This document shows, one piece after another, positions 10,079 to 18,850 of a stretch of 64,000 bases of DNA; within the stretch, counting starts at the first letter, position 1; the number at the start of each line of letters is the position of its first letter. A program made the position numbers and the translations under genes. Under the pieces are notes generated by a model. It had not been told where the DNA came from and did not search any database. It saw nothing but the letters and a program-made list of their open reading frames with translations. The DNA comes from Spirochaetia bacterium (GTDB taxonomy: Bacteria > Spirochaetota > Spirochaetia > DSM-2461): NCBI GenBank assembly GCA_963668315.1, contig OY764216.1, positions 2,368,001 through 2,432,000 on the forward strand. The letters are read 5' to 3'.

Positions 10079-11004
10079 CGGCTGTTCTCCCAGCATAGGC
10101 GGTAATTGTAGAGCTGCTCCCGCCCGGAAAGGTTAATGCTCCTGAAACCGTCCAGAACGGGGGAGGGCAGGTGGCTGAATACTTCCTGGGAAATGGTGAT
10201 GCTGTCCGGATCGGTATGCTTCTCTTCCAGTCGGCAGGTGTCCTTGACGGTTTCGGCCTGTTTGATCTTCTCTTCGTTCTCGGTGAATTCAATGGGGCCT
10301 GTCCTGATAGCCTGGCGCAGCTGAATGGGGCGGTCGAGTCGGTTGGAGAAATGGTTGAACAGAAACAGACGGTGGAGAATCTCCATGGCGCTGTAAACGG
10401 CCTGTTCGTTGCGTGAGCCGTGATAGAAGGCGCAGATGGCTCCGTCCCCTTCCCAGCTCCAGACGCGGCCCAGCCGGAGATTGACGATTTCCGTCACGTC
10501 CTGTCTTATCAGGGCGAAGGTTTTTTCAATGATATCCTGATCATTCTGACGGACCATTTCGGTATTCTTCACCAGATCGAGCTTGAGGATGGAAAACGTG
10601 CAGGTTTGTCCCTCCCGAAGAACGCTCCAGTTTTTCGTAATGCTTCGGCGCGAGTCCTCCACGAAAGAGTCGGTATCTCTGTTATAGATGATTCCCTCTT
10701 CGGCCATCTGCTGGATGACATAGCCCAGGCGGGGAAAATGATATTTTCTGCCGTGGATTCCCTTGGTTTCCGCCTGCGCCATGAGGGATATCAGATCGGG
10801 AAAAAAGTTCCACTCCCTCATATCGCGGACAATCTGCCTGGCTCCGTCTCCGTGGGGCACGGCGTTATGGATGGAAACGCCCATGCGCTTGTGAAGATCA
10901 TACTCCGGCACAATGCGTCTCACAAGGTGAATCATCTCTTTCTGGGTCATGCTTCGGGATAAACCCTTGACCACATTGTTAAGCATGCTCTCTTTAACTC
11001 TCAT
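10075..11004 (-). CDS. Helical N-terminal domain plus class III nucleotidyl cyclase domain
   Basis: ILKLDLVKNT and WSWEGDGAICAF (both metal-binding Asp), LRQAIRTG, TVKDTCRLEE, ITISQEV. Confidence 0.75.
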   Translation of the reverse strand: MRVKESMLNNVVKGLSRSMTQKEMIHLVRRIVPEYDLHKRMGVSIHNAVPHGDGARQIVRDMREWNFFPDLISLMAQAETKGIHGRKYHFPRLGYVIQQMAEEGIIYNRDTDSFVEDSRRSITKNWSVLREGQTCTFSILKLDLVKNTEMVRQNDQDIIEKTFALIRQDVTEIVNLRLGRVWSWEGDGAICAFYHGSRNEQAVYSAMEILHRLFLFNHFSNRLDRPIQLRQAIRTGPIEFTENEEKIKQAETVKDTCRLEEKHTDPDSITISQEVFSHLPSPVLDGFRSINLSGREQLYNYRLCWENSR

Positions 11005-11079
11005 AGGACTTGGACAAGATTATCATGAAAAGAAATGGTTGTCGAGCGACCGGAGAGGTCCCGGATATGAGAATTTCTC

Positions 11080-11106
11080 TTATATTCTTTTTTCAAATGC
11101 CGAAAA
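11080..11106 (+). promoter_or_regulatory. Candidate sigma28 (FliA) promoter of the flgN-flgK-flgL-fliW-csrA operon
   Basis: TTAT-N15-GCCGAAAA about 20 nt before the flgN start; the -10 box is good, the -35 box weak. Confidence 0.45.
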
Positions 11107-11127
11107 TAGTAGGGAAGGAGTACACAA

Positions 11128-11637
11128 ATGGATGATACCGTATCGAAATGGCAGAAATTAAAGTGCTATATGGAAACGGAAAAGATTTTATTAAATAGTT
11201 TCTCTGAAAAGAATAAAGTCATTAGAACCCAGGTGCGTACCATGGACTGGCCCGTGTTGGAAATATTACTGAAAGAGCTGGATGATTTATCCTGCCAGAT
11301 TGAAGAAACAGACCGGCGCCGCCATCAGATCTATAAAAAAATCCTGAAAAAAGTAGAGAAATCGGAAAATTTTACCTTTTTTGACAACACCGCATCCCTG
11401 CCGGCGGAACTGCGTGAAAACCTCCGCCGTCTCCACGGAGAGCTGAAGATAGTTTCCGATCAGATAAAAATCGAGAGCCGGGTCACTTCCATCTATGTGG
11501 AAGCGAGAACGCGGGCCTTGAAAGACATGCTGGGGGAACTCATCCCCGAGACGAAAAATGTGTTTTACAGTCCGTCGGGACAGCTATTCAAAGGATCGAC
11601 CGGAACCAGTTCGCTGCTGGTCAACCGGAGTTTGTAA
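11128..11637 (+). CDS. flgN: Flagellar export chaperone FlgN-like
   Basis: 169-aa helical protein directly upstream of flgK; C-terminal YSPSG...SLLVNRSL. Confidence 0.75.
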   Translation: MDDTVSKWQKLKCYMETEKILLNSFSEKNKVIRTQVRTMDWPVLEILLKELDDLSCQIEETDRRRHQIYKKILKKVEKSENFTFFDNTASLPAELRENLRRLHGELKIVSDQIKIESRVTSIYVEARTRALKDMLGELIPETKNVFYSPSGQLFKGSTGTSSLLVNRSL

Positions 11638-11655
11638 GGGCAGAGGAGGCTTGTA

Positions 11656-13536
11656 ATGAAATCCACCTTTATGGGAATCGAACTGGGAAAACGGGGCATC
11701 ATGGCCAATTCCCAGGCGCTGGATACGGCGGGACATAACATCTCCAACGCCAACACCGAAGGATACAGCCGGCAGAGGATTAAGCTGGGATCCACCGATC
11801 CCCTCTATATGCCCCAGCTGAACCGGGCGGAAACTCCCGGCCAGATCGGCCAGGGCGTGGACGTGGTCAGCGTGGAGCGGGTCAGGGATGATCTGCTTCA
11901 GACCCGCATTGTGTCCTCGGGAGACAACAAGGGCTACTGGAACACCCGCTCCGACTATCTCCTTCAGGTCGAGCAGATTTACAACGAACCGAACGACACC
12001 TCGGTGAGAACCCTCATGGATAAATTCTGGGAAGGGTGGCAGGAACTGTCCATCCATCCCGATGACCAGGCGGCGCGGAGGCAGGTGGCCCGGAGGGGGG
12101 AAACCCTCATCGAGGGCATCAACAACCGTTACAACAGCCTCAAGGAAGTCAGGTCCATGCTGGATGACGATGTGGCCGTCTCCGTGGGTGAGGTCAACTC
12201 CATCCTTTCGAATATAAGGGAATTGAACGAGCAGATCGTCAAGGTCGAGGCACTGGGCGACAACCCCAACGATCTCTACGACAAGCGGGATCTTTTGACC
12301 GAGCAGCTGTCCGATTACATGAAAATAACCGTGGAAAATAAACGGGACCCCGATGAATTTCAGATTCATACCGGAGGACGGGAGCTGATTCAGGGAAAAA
12401 AGGTCAACTATCTTGCCACCGAGCCGAATCCGGATAACGAAAGCTATCTGGATATCACCTGGCAGGGGAGCGAGGAACGGGTTGTACTGTATGGCGGCAA
12501 ACTCCAGTCCCTTGTGGAACTGCGGGACGGCGATCTGCGGGGCGAAATCCAGAATCTGGATATGATGACGGTGAATTTCACCGATATGGTGAACGGCATT
12601 CACCGCCAGGCCTGGAACGGGAATAACGAAACGGGAGTGGATTTCTTTACCGAATACCCCTTTATCAATAACGTGGGGGGCAACTACGACCGGAACGGCG
12701 ACGGGGAGGTCGACTCCTCCTGGGTTTACCGCTTCACCGGCGCCCATGAACTCAATCCCCAGCAGCAGACGGGGCTGGAGGGAACCATCACGGTCAATGG
12801 CGCTTCGGGCAATGTGGACATTCCCTACTACCCCTCCGATACGGTGAGCGACATCATGGAGCGGATCAATAATTCGTCCTCCGAAGTAAAGGCCATGCTC
12901 GACTTCAACGGGCGCCTTGTCATGAAAGCCTCACCGGCCGGTCAGATAGGCAATCCCGACTTTGTGATCCGCCATCTGGAGGATTCGGGACAGTTCCTGG
13001 CCGGCTACGCGGGCATTCTGGAGAACACCGGGCCCGACGGCGCCTACGACTGGAATCAGGCCGATGCGGTCCTGGCCCTTCAGGGGGGGGGGACGGATTT
13101 CTCCGTGGCGCCCCTGACCCATCCTTCGGGCTGGCTGCAGATAAACGAGACCCTTGTTACCGATCCCAACGCCATCGCTGTGGGACTGGGAGAGAACGGC
13201 AGACCCGCCGCCGCCGGTGACGGATCGGCCGCCCTGGCCATCGCCGACCTCAGGCAGGAGATGGTGATGGTGGGGCCACAGCGCAGCTTTGACGACTATT
13301 TCGCCGAGACTGTCGCCAGTATCGGCCTCAGGGGCGAACAGGCGGAACTGACAAGCGAGACGGAAAATCTTGCCTGGAAGGAACTGAAGGATCTGCAGCA
13401 ATCCATAAGCGGCGTGAACCTGGATGAGGAATTTTCCGACATGATTAAATTCCAGCACGGTTTCAATGCCGTCTCCCGCTATATTTCCACGGTGGATGAT
13501 ATGCTGGATACCATTATCAACAGGATGGGGGTGTAA
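11656..13536 (+). CDS. flgK: Flagellar hook-associated protein 1
   Basis: GHNISNANTEGYSRQR at the N-terminus; SGVNLDEEFSDMIKFQHGF...MLDTIINRMGV at the C-terminus. Confidence 0.97.
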   Translation: MKSTFMGIELGKRGIMANSQALDTAGHNISNANTEGYSRQRIKLGSTDPLYMPQLNRAETPGQIGQGVDVVSVERVRDDLLQTRIVSSGDNKGYWNTRSDYLLQVEQIYNEPNDTSVRTLMDKFWEGWQELSIHPDDQAARRQVARRGETLIEGINNRYNSLKEVRSMLDDDVAVSVGEVNSILSNIRELNEQIVKVEALGDNPNDLYDKRDLLTEQLSDYMKITVENKRDPDEFQIHTGGRELIQGKKVNYLATEPNPDNESYLDITWQGSEERVVLYGGKLQSLVELRDGDLRGEIQNLDMMTVNFTDMVNGIHRQAWNGNNETGVDFFTEYPFINNVGGNYDRNGDGEVDSSWVYRFTGAHELNPQQQTGLEGTITVNGASGNVDIPYYPSDTVSDIMERINNSSSEVKAMLDFNGRLVMKASPAGQIGNPDFVIRHLEDSGQFLAGYAGILENTGPDGAYDWNQADAVLALQGGGTDFSVAPLTHPSGWLQINETLVTDPNAIAVGLGENGRPAAAGDGSAALAIADLRQEMVMVGPQRSFDDYFAETVASIGLRGEQAELTSETENLAWKELKDLQQSISGVNLDEEFSDMIKFQHGFNAVSRYISTVDDMLDTIINRMGV

Positions 13537-13539
13537 TAA

Positions 13540-14784
13540 ATGTACCGAGTAAGCACTAATATGCCTAACGACGACTTCCGCTACCGCATGCTCAGGCAGG
13601 ACAACGGAATCAGCCAGACGGAAAACAAGATATCCTCAAGCAACAGGATCACCAATCTCAGGGACGATCCTATCGCCGCGGCCCACTCCACCCGGCTTAA
13701 ATCCAACATCACCCGGATGGAGCGCTTCGATCAGAACATCGATTATACCCGGGGCCGTTACAGGGAAGTGGAAGGATACATGGATGAAACCGTGAATATC
13801 CTGCACCGCCTGCGTGAACTGGCTGTCCAGGGATCCAACGGGACCTACGGCGACGAGGACCGGGAGATGATGGCCGTGGAGACCAACGAGCTCCTGAACC
13901 AGCTGGTTTCCGTGGCCAACACGACCAGCGTGGACGGCCGGGCCCTTTTCGGCGGCACCGACAGCGAAGGCGAGCCCTTCGAAGTTTTCAAGAGCCGGGT
14001 GCCCAAAATGCAGAGCGCCGCCATCACCCAGGTCACCTATCTGGGCAATATCCAGGAGAACAAGGTCGAGATCTCCGAAGGCTCCTATGTTCCTGTGGAT
14101 TTCCGCGGGAACGACCTCTTCTGGTCCGAACCCCATCAGATCTTCGGGCCCCGGGACGTCCAGGATTACGTCGTCCAGGAGGACACCTCCTTTACGGTGG
14201 ACGGAGTGACGGTCAATCTGAAAGCCGGGGATAACATCAACAATATCGCGGACCGGATCAACGGCAGCACTGCCGCGGTGAAAGCCGAAGTGGACCCCGT
14301 ATCGGGATCGTTGAATATGAAAACCACGGTGAACCACCAGATCTGGCTGGACGAGCCGGAAAATGCCACCGTCCTTAAGGACCTGGGGCTTATCAACGCG
14401 GTGGGAAAGCCTCCTTTGAATCTCGCAGGAGATGTGGCTTCCTCCGGCGGCTCCCTCTTTGAAACGGTCATCGCCATGCGCGACAGTCTTCTGAATAACG
14501 ATTCGGAGCAGGTCGGCGGGGCCGTTCTGGCGGGTATAAGCTCCTCCCTGGACACGGTTCTGGGGAAAATGGCCGATCTGGGCGCCATGGACGAGCGGCT
14601 GGACGTGACGCAGAACCGTATCTCCAAGGGGGTCGTTGATACCCAGGCCTGGGATGCGAACCTTACCGACACGGATATGACCGAAGCGGTCACCCGCCTC
14701 AAGATGATGGAATATGTACAGCAGGCCACATACCGCGCCTCTTCGCAGATATGGCAGAACTCGCTCATGGACTTTTTAAGGTAG
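13540..14784 (+). CDS. flgL: Flagellar hook-associated protein 3
   Basis: RITNLRDDPIAAA, LRELAVQGSNGTY, C-terminal SLMDFLR; follows flgK. Confidence 0.96.
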   Translation: MYRVSTNMPNDDFRYRMLRQDNGISQTENKISSSNRITNLRDDPIAAAHSTRLKSNITRMERFDQNIDYTRGRYREVEGYMDETVNILHRLRELAVQGSNGTYGDEDREMMAVETNELLNQLVSVANTTSVDGRALFGGTDSEGEPFEVFKSRVPKMQSAAITQVTYLGNIQENKVEISEGSYVPVDFRGNDLFWSEPHQIFGPRDVQDYVVQEDTSFTVDGVTVNLKAGDNINNIADRINGSTAAVKAEVDPVSGSLNMKTTVNHQIWLDEPENATVLKDLGLINAVGKPPLNLAGDVASSGGSLFETVIAMRDSLLNNDSEQVGGAVLAGISSSLDTVLGKMADLGAMDERLDVTQNRISKGVVDTQAWDANLTDTDMTEAVTRLKMMEYVQQATYRASSQIWQNSLMDFLR

Positions 14785-14790
14785 GAATTG

Positions 14791-15210
14791 ATGGAGAAGG
14801 AAGACAAACAGATAACCATACCCTCCGGTCTCTTCGGATTTGAAGGATTAACCGAATATGCCCTTTCCCGGGCCAGTCAGGAGCCCTTTCTGATTTTAGC
14901 GTCAAAGGAGCAGGAGGGACTCTCTTTCATCCTTATCGATCCGCTCTATTTTCATCCCGACTACACGCCCGACCTGAGCGACGAGGATCTGAAGGAGATA
15001 GGGGTGGAGAAGGATCACTACGATAATGTCTATGCCCTGGCCATCGTCACGGTCCGGCCCGACGAAGAGCCGAAAATGACGGCCAATCTGCAGGGGCCCC
15101 TGATCATCAACGGGGATAATCTCAAAGCCAAGCAGTGCATCTCCTCCAACCCTAAATGGCAGACCCGTCACGACATCCTGGCGGAAATCAAAGCCCACCA
15201 GGGAGTCTGA
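14791..15210 (+). CDS. fliW: Flagellar assembly factor / CsrA antagonist
   Basis: [26 protein letters not shown]; lies between flgL and csrA. Confidence 0.95.
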   Translation: MEKEDKQITIPSGLFGFEGLTEYALSRASQEPFLILASKEQEGLSFILIDPLYFHPDYTPDLSDEDLKEIGVEKDHYDNVYALAIVTVRPDEEPKMTANLQGPLIINGDNLKAKQCISSNPKWQTRHDILAEIKAHQGV

Positions 15211-15212
15211 GT

Positions 15213-15440
15213 ATGCTGATTTTATCACGCCGGAAGGACGAGACCATCATCATAGATGACAAAATAGAAATATCCATCGTGGACATCAAAGGGGACCAGG
15301 TGAAACTGGGCATCAATGCCCCCCGTACGGTTAAAATCTACCGCAAGGAAGTCTATCTGGAGATCGAGAAAGAGAATGCCGCGGCCGCCCGGTCCAGTGC
15401 CGACGCCCTGGAAAAACTGGGAGACCTTTTCAAAAAATAG
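15213..15440 (+). CDS. csrA: Carbon storage regulator, RNA-binding protein
   Basis: [14 protein letters not shown]...VKLGINAP...IYRKEVY; true start is ATG 15213 inside the longer track ORF. Confidence 0.97.
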   Translation: MLILSRRKDETIIIDDKIEISIVDIKGDQVKLGINAPRTVKIYRKEVYLEIEKENAAAARSSADALEKLGDLFKK

Positions 15441-16136
15441 TTATTTCTGTTTTTTGGCTTCCAGGCTCAGTTCGGCTTCGCTCTTGCGCATATAGAGAGG
15501 GCCGGTATCCATACTGTCCGGTCCTCTTTTTTCAAAAAGCTTTTTCCCCAGGGAGATAAGGGTACGGCCGTTGCCCCTTCGGCAGTCATGGTCAAAGCGG
15601 AATCTTCCGTTCCCATCCCCTGCCGGCAGAAAACCCCGGAACATGTCGCAGTCAGGCCCGGTGAAGATAATCGTTTCTCCCTTTTCCGCCAGTTCTTCAA
15701 TCTGTCTGAGAATCCATTCCGGTTCCCAGTCTCCGTACTCGGTGAGCCGGTTCTCTCCCCTGTAAAGGGCGGAGAAAAAGCGCTTTTTCCGGGCATCTAT
15801 TACGGGAACAATCAAACCGTCGAAGAGAGTGAAGCGGTCGGCCAGAACATCCAGGGTGGGAACGGCTACCAGGGGAGCGCCCGTACCGGCGCAGATGCCC
15901 TTGGCCGTGGCCATGCCGACTCTCAGACCGGTAAAGGAGCCCGGCCCCAGGGCGGTGCAGACCAGATCCAGTTCGGAAGGCTTCATCTCCGCTTCGGCGA
16001 AGAGCCGGTCCACTCCGGGCATAATAAGTTCTGAGTGGCGGAAACCCTTATCCGCGTTATACTCAAAATAGTAATCTTCCTTGCTGAGGGTCAGCGAAAG
16101 AACCGCCGTTGCGGCGTCGATGGCCAGAATATTCAT
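15441..16136 (-). CDS. tsaB: tRNA threonylcarbamoyladenosine biosynthesis protein TsaB
   Basis: MNILAIDAAT, HSELIMP, GPGSFTGLRVG, IDARK, PLYMRKSEAE. Confidence 0.95.
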   Translation of the reverse strand: MNILAIDAATAVLSLTLSKEDYYFEYNADKGFRHSELIMPGVDRLFAEAEMKPSELDLVCTALGPGSFTGLRVGMATAKGICAGTGAPLVAVPTLDVLADRFTLFDGLIVPVIDARKKRFFSALYRGENRLTEYGDWEPEWILRQIEELAEKGETIIFTGPDCDMFRGFLPAGDGNGRFRFDHDCRRGNGRTLISLGKKLFEKRGPDSMDTGPLYMRKSEAELSLEAKKQK

Positions 16137-16555
16137 AGATCCCATCCTTCCAGGCTAATGGTCCGTGTCTGATCTGCTTCGATCCTGATATCCACGGTAA
16201 TCAGGTCGTCGGGCAGGACAGAATCGATCCTTTCGAACCATTCTATCAGGCATATCCCCTTTCCGTAAAGCATCTCCTCCGCACCCAGCAGGAAGAACTC
16301 TTCCTCGTCGCTGATGCGGTAAAGATCCATATGGTAGAGAGGCATCCGGCCCTCATACTCCTGTATCAGAGTGTAGGAGGGGCTGGTTATGGTATCGTGT
16401 ATTTTCAGACCGCGGGCGAATCCCCGGGTAAAGGTGGTCTTGCCTGCGCCGAGAGATCCCTTCAGGCCGATGATCATCCCCGGTTCTGCTTTCTCCGCCA
16501 GTTCGCGTCCTATTTTTTCCGTCTCCTCCGCCGAAGAGGATGTAAACGTAATCAG
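16133..16555 (-). CDS. tsaE: tRNA threonylcarbamoyladenosine biosynthesis ATPase TsaE
   Basis: GSLGAGKTTF, ITSPSYTL, HMDLYR, LIEW. The frame extends upstream of ATG 16477 through the typical SSSAEETEKIGRELA N-terminus to a CTG at 16555, preceded by an in-frame TAA. Confidence 0.92.
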   Translation of the reverse strand: MITFTSSSAEETEKIGRELAEKAEPGMIIGLKGSLGAGKTTFTRGFARGLKIHDTITSPSYTLIQEYEGRMPLYHMDLYRISDEEEFFLLGAEEMLYGKGICLIEWFERIDSVLPDDLITVDIRIEADQTRTISLEGWDL

Positions 16556-16824
16556 AGGAGTTTACCTTTCTGGTCAAGCAGCCTGATCTCATCCTTGAGC
16601 ATCTTCATCAGGGGAAGCATGGGGTAATCGATCTCTTCCTTGATTTTGACGTTGATCTTCTTGTTGCCCGTCGGTTCCATTTCAAGGATAAAGCTGACGG
16701 GTATTATCCGCGGATCACTTCCCTCAACATCAAAGTGGGCGTCGGCGTAGTACTTTTTAATATAATAGAGGGGGACATCGGATTTCTGGAGCTCAATATT
16801 TTCTATACTTATCAGCTTATACAT
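16552..16824 (-). CDS. Small conserved hypothetical protein
   Basis: 90-aa ORF with AGAGG SD, tightly packed in the fliD-tsaE operon. Confidence 0.75.
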   Translation of the reverse strand: MYKLISIENIELQKSDVPLYYIKKYYADAHFDVEGSDPRIIPVSFILEMEPTGNKKINVKIKEEIDYPMLPLMKMLKDEIRLLDQKGKLL

Positions 16825-16835
16825 TATTTGCCTCT

Positions 16836-17954
16836 TTAGGAAAAATCATAAATAAATTCGTTGATGCGGTTCAGGTTTTTGCTGGACGCGCGGGTAAACA
16901 TAATATGGACATTATAGCGTATTCTGGAAGTTTTTTGAATATCCACCGTCTTACCGAAAGTCGAAACGGGGTTTCCCGGAATAGGTTCAAAATTCAGCTT
17001 GCAGAGGTCGCCTTTCTTCAAAGGTTTCGTCGTATTCAGACAGCAGCCTCCCACGGAGAGATCCACAAGATTGCCCATTCTGCCGTTGTTCTTTTCGATA
17101 ACCGCTTCCTTCTTTGTCCGGCGACCCTCCATCTTTTCCACGATGCGGATAGGGTAGATATAGACGGGCTTCTGGATCTTCTTGCGGCGGAACCGCCTCA
17201 GATTGGCCCTGCTTTCCCGCTTGGTATGCTGGAGAATGATGCTGGTTATCTTTTTAACGGAGTTATAGCCTATGATTTTGGAGATGAAGTGGACCTCGTC
17301 GCCCCCCTTGTTCCAGACATAGATATTAATTTTGGAACCCTTCTTCCACCGAATGGCTTCGCCGTAGGCATTGGTGGGCACCTTGACGCAGTAGAACTCC
17401 TTCAGATTGGCGGTCACCAGGGAGTTGAACCGTTTGCCCCCCTCCTGCTCGATGGTTATGCGCTGTCCCAGCTGAATCTCTTTCGTATTGGAGAGAAACA
17501 CGTTGGTCGGCTCCATCCGTTCCAGGAGCTGCTTTATCTGAAAAAGCTCATATTTCCGGCTCTCTATGACGCTGGGAGGGGCTTCCATATGGGAGGCGTC
17601 CCTGATGGCCTTGCCCAGGGTATTGTTGAGGGTGCGGGAGTTTTTCAAAAGGTCGTAGGGCCGCCGTACCGAGTAGGTTCTGATCATTCCTTCCAGGGAT
17701 TTAATCTGTTTCTTGGTGAGACCGATGGCTGAGGCGTCCTTCCTGAAGAGCCGCTTGTTATAGTGGGCTCCCTTGCCGTTCTTCGATTTACCGAAACTTC
17801 CTCCCAGATGGGCTGTGAGAACATTGAGAAGGACAACCGCGGCGATCGTTCCGCCTATCAGTCCGCCGAATACGAGAAGGGACCTGGTGTTGTTGGTCTG
17901 CTGAAAGAACACCCCCGCGTAACGGGATGTCTGAAATAGGGGTATGATCAGCAT
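16836..17954 (-). CDS. Membrane-anchored YcgR/PilZ-domain c-di-GMP receptor (flagellar-brake-like)
   Basis: N-terminal hydrophobic helix; RRFRR (RxxxR) and DLSVGG (DxSxxG) PilZ motifs. Confidence 0.85.
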   Translation of the reverse strand: MLIIPLFQTSRYAGVFFQQTNNTRSLLVFGGLIGGTIAAVVLLNVLTAHLGGSFGKSKNGKGAHYNKRLFRKDASAIGLTKKQIKSLEGMIRTYSVRRPYDLLKNSRTLNNTLGKAIRDASHMEAPPSVIESRKYELFQIKQLLERMEPTNVFLSNTKEIQLGQRITIEQEGGKRFNSLVTANLKEFYCVKVPTNAYGEAIRWKKGSKINIYVWNKGGDEVHFISKIIGYNSVKKITSIILQHTKRESRANLRRFRRKKIQKPVYIYPIRIVEKMEGRRTKKEAVIEKNNGRMGNLVDLSVGGCCLNTTKPLKKGDLCKLNFEPIPGNPVSTFGKTVDIQKTSRIRYNVHIMFTRASSKNLNRINEFIYDFS

Positions 17955-18835
17955 GGCTCTTCCTCCTGGGATATTTCAGAAAATATTCTTTCCAGAGTCT
18001 CTATTTTCGGTACGATTTCATATTCCGCCAGATCTCCGGTCAGAATGGTGTCTCCCGAACTTATCGCATCGGCAAGTTCGGCAAGAATCCCGTTAAGCTC
18101 GGAGAGAAAGTCCTGGGGCAGGGACAGATCGGCATCCCTTTCGGACAGGGTGGTCAGAATCCGAATCGATTTGGCTAGAAGCTCGGTAAGAACGATAATG
18201 ATATCCAGCGCTTCCTTATCCTTGCCGGACTGGAAAAGAACGCTGACGTCTTCGATCCGGGGGATGAGGCGCTTCAGGGTCTCCGAAGTCTTCTTCCCCT
18301 CTTCGAGGGGATGGATGAGCTCTCCGAGCCGTCCGGAAACAAGGGCTTCCACGCTGCCCCATTCCCTCAGGAGGGCGTCACGATCGCTGCCACGGGGCGT
18401 CCCCACCAGGATTCCCGAGTCATCCATGAGGCTGTTCAGAGTCGTGTCAAAGACATAATCGTCCATCATAAGAAGGGCGGGCAGATTTTTTCTGATATTA
18501 TCATACTGACTCCCCAAATCCTTCATGACCTCTCCGTTGTTCTCTCTGAGTGCCCGGCTGTAGAGATCGAAATAGGACAAAACCGTCTCAAGATCTCTTT
18601 CGAGCAGCTGCGATCGGTCCAGTGCGGTCACTTCCAGACAGGAAATATTATGAATATCGTAGTTTTTAAGTGATTCCTTATTTTGAAGAAAAAATTCCTT
18701 GCCGTCAAGAGAAATCTCGGAAATAAAGTACTCCTGGGATTCGAGCCAGGAGGAGAGACCGTTGAATACATCCAGACAGTTTTCCTCTCCGTCCAGGGTA
18801 AAATCGATTTTTTCCTTATTGATCAGTATATTCAA
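17948..18835 (-). CDS. Conserved hypothetical protein downstream of fliD
   Basis: 295-aa ORF, TTG start with GAGGGGG SD; C-terminal DTILTGDLAEYEIVP. Confidence 0.75.
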   Translation of the reverse strand: MNILINKEKIDFTLDGEENCLDVFNGLSSWLESQEYFISEISLDGKEFFLQNKESLKNYDIHNISCLEVTALDRSQLLERDLETVLSYFDLYSRALRENNGEVMKDLGSQYDNIRKNLPALLMMDDYVFDTTLNSLMDDSGILVGTPRGSDRDALLREWGSVEALVSGRLGELIHPLEEGKKTSETLKRLIPRIEDVSVLFQSGKDKEALDIIIVLTELLAKSIRILTTLSERDADLSLPQDFLSELNGILAELADAISSGDTILTGDLAEYEIVPKIETLERIFSEISQEEEPC

Positions 18836-18850
18836 AGCGGGGCCCCCTCA

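Noticed and set aside
8783..10105. 440-aa + strand ORF
   Set aside because: Antisense to two coherent minus-strand genes; no recognisable domain.
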